A stretch of 64,000 nucleotides of DNA from a virus. The notes under the pieces are model-generated. The model was given only the letters and a program-made list of their open reading frames with translations. It was not told where the DNA came from and made no database searches. Numbering within the stretch: the stretch's first letter is position 1; every line of letters starts with the position of its first letter. Positions 44,567 through 53,736 of the stretch are shown piece by piece. The stretch spans positions 32,001 through 96,000 of IMG/VR virus record IMGVR_UViG_3300036766_000678. The stretch is one strand, 5' to 3'. Made by a program: the position numbers and the translations under genes.

Positions 44567-45076
44567 TTAAGAATTCGAACAAACCGAATCAATATTATCT
44601 AAAATTGTTTGGGCTTGGTTTACAAATGCCTGTAACTGTATTACATAATCTGAAATTGTATTCCTTACATACTGCCTTCTATTATATTCATTAATCAAAT
44701 TCTGTAAACCTGCCAAAAATTTTGTCACAGAACCACCAGCAGGAATTCCTGGAATAGTAGGCATAGCATTTTCAGCTCGCTGCAAAAGTTGGGTAATAGC
44801 GGGACAAGTAGCATATCCAGACATAGGACCAAAAACCACATTAAGATCTGACTGAATCTTATTCTTTATTGTTGCTACTGTTTGAATTTCTAATTGAACA
44901 AAAGCATTTATAATATCAAGGGCTATAATCTCTGCTCCTAATGCTGCAATTGCTCCATTAGCCAATAAAATCTGACTATTCAAAAAAGTTTTAAAAGTAC
45001 TTCTTAAAATAGCATTTTGACAGAGGATAGTTTTAATAAATTGCACTACACATTGAGCAAGAGCAGGAGTAGGCAT
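44567..45076 (-). CDS. hypothetical baseplate-region protein
   Basis: ORF track; context. Confidence 0.5.
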   Translation of the reverse strand: MPTPALAQCVVQFIKTILCQNAILRSTFKTFLNSQILLANGAIAALGAEIIALDIINAFVQLEIQTVATIKNKIQSDLNVVFGPMSGYATCPAITQLLQRAENAMPTIPGIPAGGSVTKFLAGLQNLINEYNRRQYVRNTISDYVIQLQAFVNQAQTILDNIDSVCSNS

Positions 45077-45081
45077 ATTCC

Positions 45082-46203
45082 TTATCCCCCTATAAAAACA
45101 GATGTACTACCAGACGAAATCTTAGATGTTAAAGAAGGGGGGGCTATTGGTGATTGTGCTAAAAATGCTGTTCCTAATGCCCCTAATTGTGACTGTAACA
45201 CAGGACTTCCACCTTGAAACCCAGAAAGTGCTGTAAAAAATCCCTGTATTGCATTTATAAATTTCCAGTAAATTGGATCGACTACAAGAGCAGATGTTGT
45301 AGAATCAGTAATTCGGGCAGCACCCAATGTTCCAAAATTTATATCAATCGTACCAGTCCCAGATAAAGTGATATCTGCTATACTAGTAAAACCAGCACCT
45401 ATAACTTGCAAAGAACAAATTCCTACAGGAAGCATTGTAAGAGAACACTGAGAAATGCCCGTACCTACTATAGTATTTCCTAAAGAAAGATACCCAAGAG
45501 GGGTCATTTTTAATTCACAAATTGGAATAGGAGGTACAACACTTGGAAGCCCTGTTGGAAGAGCTATCTGAGTAGCAACACTAAGTCCCTCATCAATACC
45601 TGTAAGGATATTTCTTGTAAAATTAAAAGAACTCTGAGTATTTAAAATAGGATGTGGATTAGACTCAAAAAAACCATTATTACCAGTAAGAATTACCTCA
45701 TGATCATCATCTGCACTTGTCCCACCAACAATGAGCTTTTCCCCCATGGACCCAGAACTAATCTTAGCTACACCATTATTGCCTAAGAATAAACTGGCAC
45801 CAAAACCTGGAATTAATTGGCCTGTAGGAGAAAGAGGACCAGTGGATTCCATAAATATTTCACCATCTAAAATAGAATTAGAATGATTGGCAATATCTAA
45901 AGTAGGATCACCTGTAGAAGGAATAAAACCTGCGTATTGCTGATTGGCAGTAAGAAAATCAAAGGGTTCACGAAGAACAGAAATGATATATGCTGAATAA
46001 TCCTCTAATTGAAGTACTAAAACAATACTTCCAATCAAAGGAGCACTCTGATCTTTAAGAGCATTGGGTAATTGAACCCCTACCATGTTATACCCTTCTG
46101 GGATCTGCATCACAGTATATTGCCTAGGATTTACTTCATCTTTATTTAAAATTTGACCTTGGAAAATAGAATAATTACCATTAGGCATTTTATTTACCAC
46201 CAA
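45082..46203 (-). CDS. baseplate spike/gpV-like protein
   Basis: N-terminal OB-like region, beta-rich C-terminus; position after hub. Confidence 0.5.
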   Translation of the reverse strand: MVVNKMPNGNYSIFQGQILNKDEVNPRQYTVMQIPEGYNMVGVQLPNALKDQSAPLIGSIVLVLQLEDYSAYIISVLREPFDFLTANQQYAGFIPSTGDPTLDIANHSNSILDGEIFMESTGPLSPTGQLIPGFGASLFLGNNGVAKISSGSMGEKLIVGGTSADDDHEVILTGNNGFFESNPHPILNTQSSFNFTRNILTGIDEGLSVATQIALPTGLPSVVPPIPICELKMTPLGYLSLGNTIVGTGISQCSLTMLPVGICSLQVIGAGFTSIADITLSGTGTIDINFGTLGAARITDSTTSALVVDPIYWKFINAIQGFFTALSGFQGGSPVLQSQLGALGTAFLAQSPIAPPSLTSKISSGSTSVFIGG

Positions 46204-48358
46204 ATTTTCTTTCTAAATCTGCTAAAACTGGGAGTTGCTCAACATTAAGAACTACAATGGAATTATCTTGTCCAAGTAGAAATTCTGCATCTCGAACATA
46301 AGTAATACCAAGTGTCATTGTTGCTGTACCTGTTACAGAAATTTGTTTTGAAATATTAGAAATATAACCAAACCTATAATTTGTCTCATCTAAAAAAGTA
46401 TACCCAACATGTATAGATGGATCAAAATCACAAACAACTGTCATAGTTTTTAATCTGGCATTTAAAATTCTAAGAAGATATCTACAATACTCAAAAAGAC
46501 CATTAGTTTTATTATCATTAATTGAGGATTCGGTAGATTTTTTAAGATTAACATTTGGATTTGCTACGGTACTTGATTCAATAAGTCCAAATTGATCCAG
46601 AAGCTTGCCATCACAATATCCAAATTGTTCTAAATTACTAACTACTGGTAAACCATTTATTGAGAATCCAGTAAATAGTTTAGTAATTAGATTGTCTGTT
46701 GTTTCTGAATAAGTATTTGAAATTATATTTAAAGTGCTACTTCTAACCATACTCACGTCAAGCCTATTAGTTGCCGTCTGTTCTCCTTTAGGGTCAAAAA
46801 TTTTAGCATTATTATATTGTGGTGCCCTAATTAAAAATTGGCCATAGGAGGTTTCAAAAATCTCGACAAAAGTAATCTTTCGAATTTCTTCTAAAATTTC
46901 ATGCGGTGTTTTAAGATCGGGACTAAATTTTGTAGTAAAAACAGAATCCAAAAATTTAAAATAAGCTTGTAAACCCTGTACATCGACATCAAAAATTACA
47001 GGTGAAAAAGTATCTAAAGTACCGACTTGCCCTGATAATTTAGCTAACGCACTTTGAAATTGCTCAGGAGGAATTCCAAGATTAGTGGTTGTAAATCCAA
47101 CTTGTGACGAAATTTGAGAAGGTGCAGTTAAAGCAAAAGTAGTTATATCCTGTGGTTCGAGATATTCAAATGCCCTTCTTTTCATCACACAAGATAGCAA
47201 GTATTGAGGAATATTAAATAGATTTGCTGGATAGGTATTTCCTACAATTAAAGAAGAAATATTAAAAAAACTATTATCTAATGTTGTAACCCCATTAACT
47301 GTGCTTATATCATTAAAGTCAATTCTAAATACTAAATCAAATAAATCCCTTACAATAGCAGAAATTGGCTTACCAGCAAATACCGTTTGAAAACCAGAAA
47401 CTGCCTTTGCATTTAAAAGTTGCCCCTGCTGATATAATGCTCCAGTAAGATAAGAAGGCTTTATCAAACGTCTAGTACATCCAAATAATCTAGACCAGCC
47501 ATTTCCTGATAGCATAATCCTATCAACTTGATTGATAGCCCGAATAGGTGTCTTTTTAGTTACAAATCCATTAAGATCATTAGTAAAAAGAGGTTGACCA
47601 TTTAACATGGGAGAATTAAGAACAGTCTCATATTTAAAATTAGGATCATCTGGACTTAAGCCATTACCAGGGGGGGAAATAGTGCTTGTTCCTTGAACAA
47701 AAATTGGCAATGGATTATTAGGCAATGGTGGCTGATTTGTTGTAAAAGTTCCTACAACATCTGTTATTGGGGTAGTATTTTTATAAATATAGACGGAAAT
47801 AAAATCATACTCTTGAATCAAATCACTCAATCGTAATCCTGGAACCTGCGGTAATACACCAGTCAAGGCTGGATTCTGAACTGTAAGTCCTGCATAACCT
47901 TTACCCCTATTCTTTTTTGCAGAAATAATATTATCAATAGGTAATGTAAGATCCCTTAAAGTATCAGAATTTGCTTCATATACTGCCAATCTAGTAATTG
48001 AATCTGTTGACGTAGAAAAAGCAAGCCCTGTTGTTTTACCACCTTCGGGGGCTGGAACTTTTAATTTATTATCAATTGTTGAAAAGCTTAATGCTAAATC
48101 CTGTAACTCTAAATTCCAAGAATATGTAGTCTCATCTATATTTTGAGAAACACTATAAGAAACTACAAAAGGAGAAATATCATATTTAGTAAAATACAGA
48201 GTATCATTTAATACTGTCGCATAAGCATCAAATGAGACTAATCCAGGAACTGAGGGATTAGGATTTGATATAATAACAGGATCAAATGGGGGTGTATATT
48301 TATAAAGAAATACCTTTGTAATAAGATATTCTATGTTAGTTTGGTTATTATCAGCCAT
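46190..48358 (-). CDS. baseplate hub (gp27/gpD-like) protein
   Basis: Size, position; EIFETSYGQFLIRAP..YCRYLL..N..TV..DPSIHVG pattern. Confidence 0.6.
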   Translation of the reverse strand: MADNNQTNIEYLITKVFLYKYTPPFDPVIISNPNPSVPGLVSFDAYATVLNDTLYFTKYDISPFVVSYSVSQNIDETTYSWNLELQDLALSFSTIDNKLKVPAPEGGKTTGLAFSTSTDSITRLAVYEANSDTLRDLTLPIDNIISAKKNRGKGYAGLTVQNPALTGVLPQVPGLRLSDLIQEYDFISVYIYKNTTPITDVVGTFTTNQPPLPNNPLPIFVQGTSTISPPGNGLSPDDPNFKYETVLNSPMLNGQPLFTNDLNGFVTKKTPIRAINQVDRIMLSGNGWSRLFGCTRRLIKPSYLTGALYQQGQLLNAKAVSGFQTVFAGKPISAIVRDLFDLVFRIDFNDISTVNGVTTLDNSFFNISSLIVGNTYPANLFNIPQYLLSCVMKRRAFEYLEPQDITTFALTAPSQISSQVGFTTTNLGIPPEQFQSALAKLSGQVGTLDTFSPVIFDVDVQGLQAYFKFLDSVFTTKFSPDLKTPHEILEEIRKITFVEIFETSYGQFLIRAPQYNNAKIFDPKGEQTATNRLDVSMVRSSTLNIISNTYSETTDNLITKLFTGFSINGLPVVSNLEQFGYCDGKLLDQFGLIESSTVANPNVNLKKSTESSINDNKTNGLFEYCRYLLRILNARLKTMTVVCDFDPSIHVGYTFLDETNYRFGYISNISKQISVTGTATMTLGITYVRDAEFLLGQDNSIVVLNVEQLPVLADLERKFGGK

Positions 48359-48360
48359 AA

Positions 48361-48858
48361 TTAGAATTTCTGCAATAGGCTAGTAATTTTTGCATTAGCC
48401 TGATTTAAAGGAATATTTAAAATAGTCTGTAATCGACCAATGGCTCCTAATACAAGACCATTATTTGTAGTAGAAATAGAAAAATCTTCGATAGCAAACT
48501 CTTGACCCGTTAAGAGTTGAAAATTTAGTGTGTATGTAAATTCATTTAAATGCCCCGTAGAAGCTTCAACATCTAACAGAGTGATAAAACCTTGATAAAG
48601 ACGAGTTTTATAAAAAAGAGTACTCGACTTATTATTTTTTTCATACTGTTGCTTAAGGAATAAAAGTTCTTGATAAGCTGTTTGGCCAGCGGAAGCACCT
48701 GATAAGACAAGCATTTCAGGGGCATTATACCAAACTTGATATTGTACACCGCTCTGAGTTGGTAAAGGGGCAAAACTTACATTCTTTGTAATCTTCATGT
48801 TACGAGGATTTACAAAGAACCGAAGATTATTAAGAGTTAATGGGTATATAGAAGCCAT
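48361..48858 (-). CDS. tail tube initiator/baseplate protein
   Basis: LRFFVNPRNM..YQGFI..FTYTLNF; directly after tape measure. Confidence 0.6.
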   Translation of the reverse strand: MASIYPLTLNNLRFFVNPRNMKITKNVSFAPLPTQSGVQYQVWYNAPEMLVLSGASAGQTAYQELLFLKQQYEKNNKSSTLFYKTRLYQGFITLLDVEASTGHLNEFTYTLNFQLLTGQEFAIEDFSISTTNNGLVLGAIGRLQTILNIPLNQANAKITSLLQKF

Positions 48859-48869
48859 GTTATTTACCT

Positions 48870-50543
48870 TTATTTATGACGAGCCCCTTGCATACTACGA
48901 GCTACAGAAGTAGCTGTACCAATAACATTACCTGTTAAAAGATTTGATGCAATATCTGCTGCTGCCATACTTTTAAGAGGATCATTAAGAATTCCACTCC
49001 AAAGATTCAAAAGTTTGTTCTCAATAGTAGCCAATCCTGTTGTAGCATCTGTTAATGATTTTCGACCAGCTTCTTCTGCTTTAGCTGCTTCATTATCAAA
49101 TTGTGCCATCTTAGCTTGAGCCTCTTTATCAGTAATTCCAGGAGCAGACAAAGATTCTATCAACTCATCAAATTTGGGTATAAGACGCATGGGAAGATTG
49201 GGAAAGAATTGCTCTTGTAACTGACCTTTTACCATCATGGATTCAGTAGAGCCCTTACCAAATTGTGACGTAATGCCTTGTAAGAAACCCCCCATCAATG
49301 CTCCAGGATTTCTAAAGACATTTTGCATTTGCTTCTCATTGGGTAGTTCTCCACCATGAGTAAATGCAAACATTCCGGCTAATTGAGAGAATTTAAGGTT
49401 TGCAATTCCACCACCAATAGCTTCAGCAAATTCTCGTTTCTCTCTTGGTCCTTTTGTTACATCCTTTAAATATGAGGATAATCCTAACAAAGTAGCAGCG
49501 GCGGCGTGGCCATCTGTAGTAAAGGTACGAAAAGTTTTTGTCAAACTAAGGTATGCCTCAAGAGTATCTTTTTGATTAATATTAAACTCTTTTTGACTGT
49601 GGCTCATTTTCATGGCAGCTAATCGGCTGACAGTAAACACATTAGTTAATTCATCTAAATTAAGACCTAAATCCTTAGAATTTTTAGAAAACATTTCTAG
49701 TAATTCAGTAGAATTTGGCATGATATTACCAAACATAAATAAGGCTTTTTGAAACTTTTCGGTATTATCTGTGGCCTCACCTAATAAAGCAGGGGATTGT
49801 GCTAAAGCTCCAACTCCAGCACGTTGTTCTGTTGGGGATAATAATTTCTCAAACACCCCACTAAATAATTTGGTACGAAGATTTTCTACCCCCATACCTG
49901 TTGTCCCAATTATTGCACCAGCAGATACGAGTCCAGCAGCACTACGGGCCAATTCTGTTTGTCGTTCCTGATATGCCACTGTTGCTCTAGCAGCCAAGAC
50001 TATGGCAGTTGAAAAAAGAGTAACTCCTGAAGCGGTAGAAGCAATTAAATCACCAAAACCACTAAGAGCTGTGCCAACAGACGGTAATGCAATTCCTGCT
50101 GCTTGTTGTACACCACCAAACATTGTGGATACATTACTTAATCTACGCTCTCTACCTGCTTGTATTTCTATAAGATTTCTTTCTTTTTCTTTATATTCCC
50201 TTCTTGAAGCTTCAATTTTTTGGTTGGCTAAAGCTGCATCTTTAACTTCTTTTTGAATATTTTCTTCTTTTATTTTTTGTTCTTGCCGAAGATTGTTCAT
50301 GCTCTTTTCATGTTGTCTATCTAAAACTCCATAATAACTTTGGGCAAAATTTGTTGTTCTTTTCCAATAACTATCTGCTTCCTGCCCAAGCATTTTAAAT
50401 TGATTTTTTTGTAAGGCAATAACTTTTTCTAATTGACCAGCAAGATCCGCAGCAGCCCTTTGAGATGAACTCATATCTGGGGGGATGGGCCCACTACTTT
50501 GAAAAGGATTAGGTTGCCCCGTAGGGCCTATTGGATCTGGCAA
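48870..50543 (-). CDS. tape measure protein (TTG start)
   Basis: Helical Ala/Gly/Gln-rich; follows tail chaperone pair. Confidence 0.7.
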   Translation of the reverse strand: MPDPIGPTGQPNPFQSSGPIPPDMSSSQRAAADLAGQLEKVIALQKNQFKMLGQEADSYWKRTTNFAQSYYGVLDRQHEKSMNNLRQEQKIKEENIQKEVKDAALANQKIEASRREYKEKERNLIEIQAGRERRLSNVSTMFGGVQQAAGIALPSVGTALSGFGDLIASTASGVTLFSTAIVLAARATVAYQERQTELARSAAGLVSAGAIIGTTGMGVENLRTKLFSGVFEKLLSPTEQRAGVGALAQSPALLGEATDNTEKFQKALFMFGNIMPNSTELLEMFSKNSKDLGLNLDELTNVFTVSRLAAMKMSHSQKEFNINQKDTLEAYLSLTKTFRTFTTDGHAAAATLLGLSSYLKDVTKGPREKREFAEAIGGGIANLKFSQLAGMFAFTHGGELPNEKQMQNVFRNPGALMGGFLQGITSQFGKGSTESMMVKGQLQEQFFPNLPMRLIPKFDELIESLSAPGITDKEAQAKMAQFDNEAAKAEEAGRKSLTDATTGLATIENKLLNLWSGILNDPLKSMAAADIASNLLTGNVIGTATSVARSMQGARHK

Positions 50544-50595
50544 TGGAATTACCTCGGATTGTACTACGTTAGGTTGGAACTACAAAAATTAACAA

Positions 50596-50638
50596 ACTAT
50601 TTACTATATTTACTATATTTACTATATTTACTATATTT
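50596..50638. repeat. tandem 9-mer (ACTATATTT)x4 plus a partial copy
   Basis: Directly visible at 50603..50638. Confidence 0.9.
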
Positions 50639-50663
50639 AAAAATTACAGGTTAAAGATATCTA

Positions 50664-50771
50664 TTACACAGGACCATTTGTAAATGGTATTTTTGAATCA
50701 AGTATAACACTTATTATACCTCCAACAATACACACCAAAGAAAAAAGAAAAAAAACTAAAGTGCTATCCAT
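50664..50771 (-). CDS. 35-aa single-TM peptide with own promoter (moron-like)
   Basis: Not in ORF track: MDSTLVFFLFSLVCIVGGIISVILDSKIPFTNGPV; AGGAGG SD; promoter upstream. Confidence 0.75.
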   Translation of the reverse strand: MDSTLVFFLFSLVCIVGGIISVILDSKIPFTNGPV

Positions 50772-50808
50772 ATTAGTTACCTCCTGTTTAATTCTCTTAT
50801 CTATTTTA

Positions 50809-50837
50809 AGTATAACAGGAAAAGATAAGGATGTCAA
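50809..50837 (-). promoter_or_regulatory. sigma70 promoter, near-duplicate of the 31415 promoter cassette
   Basis: TTGACA-17 nt-TATACT with TG extension. Confidence 0.8.
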
Positions 50838-50862
50838 AGGTTATTTTTGATGTTAAGGTAGG

Positions 50863-51195
50863 TTAAACTTTTTCAATACGATCTAACTCTTGATAATGTT
50901 CTGGGGATTCTAACATAGATTCAAGCTCTTCTGGACTATATTTATCTTTGAGTTCTTTTGGCATTTCTTCGAACATGAACGAATCTGTACTTTCAGTTCT
51001 TTCTACAACACTTTCATCAAACACTTTTTTGGCTGCTTCTGGATTGATAAATCGGGCGAGGAGTTTTACTTTATCAAAATCTTCTTGTTGATCTTTATGA
51101 TAATTGAGGAGAGTCCAATAGAATTCAGAAGGAGAGAGTGTGGCCACTTCAGGAGAGAACGGAGAAAGGTGTAAAGCTTTTGCTACTAACCACAT
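50863..51195 (-). CDS. tail assembly chaperone C-terminal extension (gpT-like), reached by -1 frameshift
   Basis: The -1 frame from A-AAA-AAG (51228..51222) reads DLNDPPFRE in frame into MWLVAK. Confidence 0.8.
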   Translation of the reverse strand: MWLVAKALHLSPFSPEVATLSPSEFYWTLLNYHKDQQEDFDKVKLLARFINPEAAKKVFDESVVERTESTDSFMFEEMPKELKDKYSPEELESMLESPEHYQELDRIEKV

Positions 51196-51215
51196 TTCCC
51201 GAAAGGGGGGGTCAT

Positions 51216-51563
51216 TTAAATCTTTTTTTTTAAAATGTCTAATGCTTCTTGTTGTGGCTGTGATAATTCATCAAAGGCTGTATAAATTTCATTAAACAAA
51301 GGCGTTTGAAGGTTTGAATAAAATTCTTTGGACTGTTCTAAGGTAACAGCTTCATTATTAATATGAGAAGTGGCATACATCAAGAAAGCCATCTGCATAA
51401 TTAAACCGCGATACGAGGCATCACTATTTAATGCACTAGGAATTTCTGCAAGTGCTTTCTGAGTTTCAAGTGTTGAAAGTGAATGTAATGTTACATTCAA
51501 ATCCTTTGTTACCTCTACTTGCTTTTCTACTTTTCCGAGACTCCCAAAGCTTTTTAAATCCAT
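51216..51563 (-). CDS. tail assembly chaperone (gpG-like)
   Basis: Between tube and tape measure; ends in slippery TTT-TA-AAAAAAAAG. Confidence 0.8.
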   Translation of the reverse strand: MDLKSFGSLGKVEKQVEVTKDLNVTLHSLSTLETQKALAEIPSALNSDASYRGLIMQMAFLMYATSHINNEAVTLEQSKEFYSNLQTPLFNEIYTAFDELSQPQQEALDILKKKI

Positions 51564-51635
51564 ATCTTATCTCCTTTTAGCTCTTATCTTTTAGCTCTTA
51601 TCTTTTAAAACTAGTTTTAATTTTTAAAAAAATTA

Positions 51636-52157
51636 TTACACTACTGTTTTACTCGTGTATCCAAGATCAACATTTTCAATGACGCGGAGATCACCACCAG
51701 CGATATTATAACTTTTTGCGACTGAATGGACCCACAAACCAATGTACACAGTGGTTCGGGTACTTATCCCAGATCCAGCAGGTGCTCGTTCAACTTTAAC
51801 CATAGCTAAGGGGGCTGTGTTGTTTGTAATTTCATCAGCAGAAATTCCAAGAATATCTAGAATTGTAGAACTATACAAAACGGCCCTATCAATTCTAATG
51901 GAATACTCGTCAACCGTTCTAGGAAGACGCTCCACAGGAAGGCCCCCTGGATTATCTGCATCAAGCTCAAATCGAAAATCTGTATTACGTCTTTGAGTCT
52001 CGGTGAAGGTCTGAACAGCACCAATCTTCGTCGAGCCCTGAGCCAAGGCAAGAAGGGCAGCAGGATTATTTAGCGTCTGTTGGTCAAGCGATTTTGGTAA
52101 AACGAACAAGGATACGCTTGTAGCAAGCCTTGCATTAGTTGCGCCTAGATCAGCCAT
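51636..52157 (-). CDS. tail tube protein
   Basis: KIGAVQTF..RFELD..IRIDRAVLY..YNIAGGD..IENV; downstream of sheath. Confidence 0.8.
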   Translation of the reverse strand: MADLGATNARLATSVSLFVLPKSLDQQTLNNPAALLALAQGSTKIGAVQTFTETQRRNTDFRFELDADNPGGLPVERLPRTVDEYSIRIDRAVLYSSTILDILGISADEITNNTAPLAMVKVERAPAGSGISTRTTVYIGLWVHSVAKSYNIAGGDLRVIENVDLGYTSKTVV

Positions 52158-52158
52158 T

Positions 52159-53664
52159 TTAATTCTCCTTAATGCTATCTAAAGTATTTAATTTCCATTT
52201 AATTTTACCACAATCATATACTCTGTAAAAACCCTTTTTTTTCGCCTCTACTTCTTCGTCAACTCCAGCTTTTACTCGAAAATTAAATTTATGTTTTCTT
52301 ACATTTCCATCTGTATACTCATAATCAGGCTGTAATTCTTTAACATTTTCAAATCCTAATTTAGAATACATACTACCATCAAATAAACGATTATCAGAAA
52401 AAGTAATTACAGAATTACAATCAAACTTATTTATTGCGTACTGCAAAGCTTTTTCATGGGGATTCCAAGCTTTAAAGTTATGATTCCAAAAAGCTCTGTT
52501 CCAATCTAAAGTAGTTTCATTTATTTTCTTAAAAGACCATCCACCAATAGGAGTATCTTTATAATAAGCTAGAAGATAAATGGAAGCAGTTACTTTTCTA
52601 CCAGAAAGATAGTGCCATTTATCATGATAAGTTTGAAACTCATTCTGAGATACTTCTTTTATTTCAAAACTGTAAATCCGTTTAGCATTCTTAGTAACAT
52701 TACAAGCATTTAAAATAAGATTTAAAAAGAGATCTTTATGATTTTGCCATTCATCAGAAAATATACCAATATACCTAATACCCAAATTTTTTAATTCAAG
52801 ATATTTTTCATAATCTGTGAATAATCTTGATTTTATTTTAGTTTTTCCCGAATGCCATCGTAATCCATTATATTCAATAGCTATTTTATTTTGTGGAAAG
52901 TAGAAATCTATTTCTTTCCTTTTTAGCACGTTTTGAACACTAAACAACAACGTAGGAATGTAACTTTTTAATTTTTCAAAAATAACTTTAGAGATCTTAG
53001 AAACCCTACCAGGAAAATCCATTCCACAACCACAAGAAGTTGATTTCCCAAATGTTACATCATAAAATCGTATATTGTTTACTTTTCCACAGTCACATTT
53101 GAATAAAAATTTCGAATTTGTATAAGGAGAAATATTCTCAGGAAGGTTATTATTAACTAAAATCAATTTACCAAATTTTTGTGAAAGCCAATAATCCTTA
53201 GATTTCTTATTACAACCACCACAAGAAATAAGGTGCCCACGAATTACTAATCCGAATACTTTTTTACATAAATTACCACAATCACATTTAAATGTAAAAA
53301 TTTTATAAGAACCAGGACTAATTAATTCTGGCAATTCTTTATCTACAAGTTCTAATTTCCCAAATTTCTTCAATAAAAAATATTGCTTTGGCTTTGCTGT
53401 ACACTTACCACATGAAGTTCTATGCCCAGATAATACTTCTCTTAAAACTAATTTTGGTATATTACCGCAATCACATTTAAAGTTATATTCTTTATGAGAA
53501 CCCTTAGTCAATAAATTTGGTAAATTTTCATCTATTAATTGTAACTTACCAAACTTCAAATTCAAAAAATCTTCTTTTAATATTTTATTTATAGCCATTT
53601 TAATTTCCTCGAAGGTGGTAGTCCATAGATAGGAATGTGCCTTCGAGTTCACACTCCCATCCAT
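52159..53664 (-). CDS. Hef-like endonuclease/Mom-like fusion, paralog of 2777..4192 (likely start 53598, MAINK)
   Basis: 3x FKCDCG repeats; EIDFY..AIEYNG..WHS; TFSDNRLFDGSMY..YRVYDCG; GAGG SD before 53598. Confidence 0.78.
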   Translation of the reverse strand: MDGSVNSKAHSYLWTTTFEEIKMAINKILKEDFLNLKFGKLQLIDENLPNLLTKGSHKEYNFKCDCGNIPKLVLREVLSGHRTSCGKCTAKPKQYFLLKKFGKLELVDKELPELISPGSYKIFTFKCDCGNLCKKVFGLVIRGHLISCGGCNKKSKDYWLSQKFGKLILVNNNLPENISPYTNSKFLFKCDCGKVNNIRFYDVTFGKSTSCGCGMDFPGRVSKISKVIFEKLKSYIPTLLFSVQNVLKRKEIDFYFPQNKIAIEYNGLRWHSGKTKIKSRLFTDYEKYLELKNLGIRYIGIFSDEWQNHKDLFLNLILNACNVTKNAKRIYSFEIKEVSQNEFQTYHDKWHYLSGRKVTASIYLLAYYKDTPIGGWSFKKINETTLDWNRAFWNHNFKAWNPHEKALQYAINKFDCNSVITFSDNRLFDGSMYSKLGFENVKELQPDYEYTDGNVRKHKFNFRVKAGVDEEVEAKKKGFYRVYDCGKIKWKLNTLDSIKEN

Positions 53665-53701
53665 AGAGTACCAAATTATTTATTCCTAAATCTTCACTAT
53701 A

Positions 53702-53730
53702 ATTATATCAGATATTTGTCTATTTGTCAA
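53702..53730 (-). promoter_or_regulatory. consensus sigma70 promoter for the inserted endonuclease
   Basis: TTGACA-17 nt-TATAAT with TG extension, just after the sheath stop. Confidence 0.85.
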
Positions 53731-53736
53731 GTCCTA

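Noticed and set aside
50596-50638. CRISPR array
   Set aside because: Contiguous 9-mers with no spacers; no repeat-spacer arrays or cas genes seen anywhere
51567-51609. Short tandem duplication (CTCTTATCTTTTAG x2-3) before the chaperone gene
   Set aside because: Most simply slippage duplication of RBS-adjacent DNA; no further evidence of function
53608-53673. H-type pseudoknot
   Set aside because: The second strand follows a 24-bp stem with no linker, so it cannot reach the loop; treated as alternative folds instead
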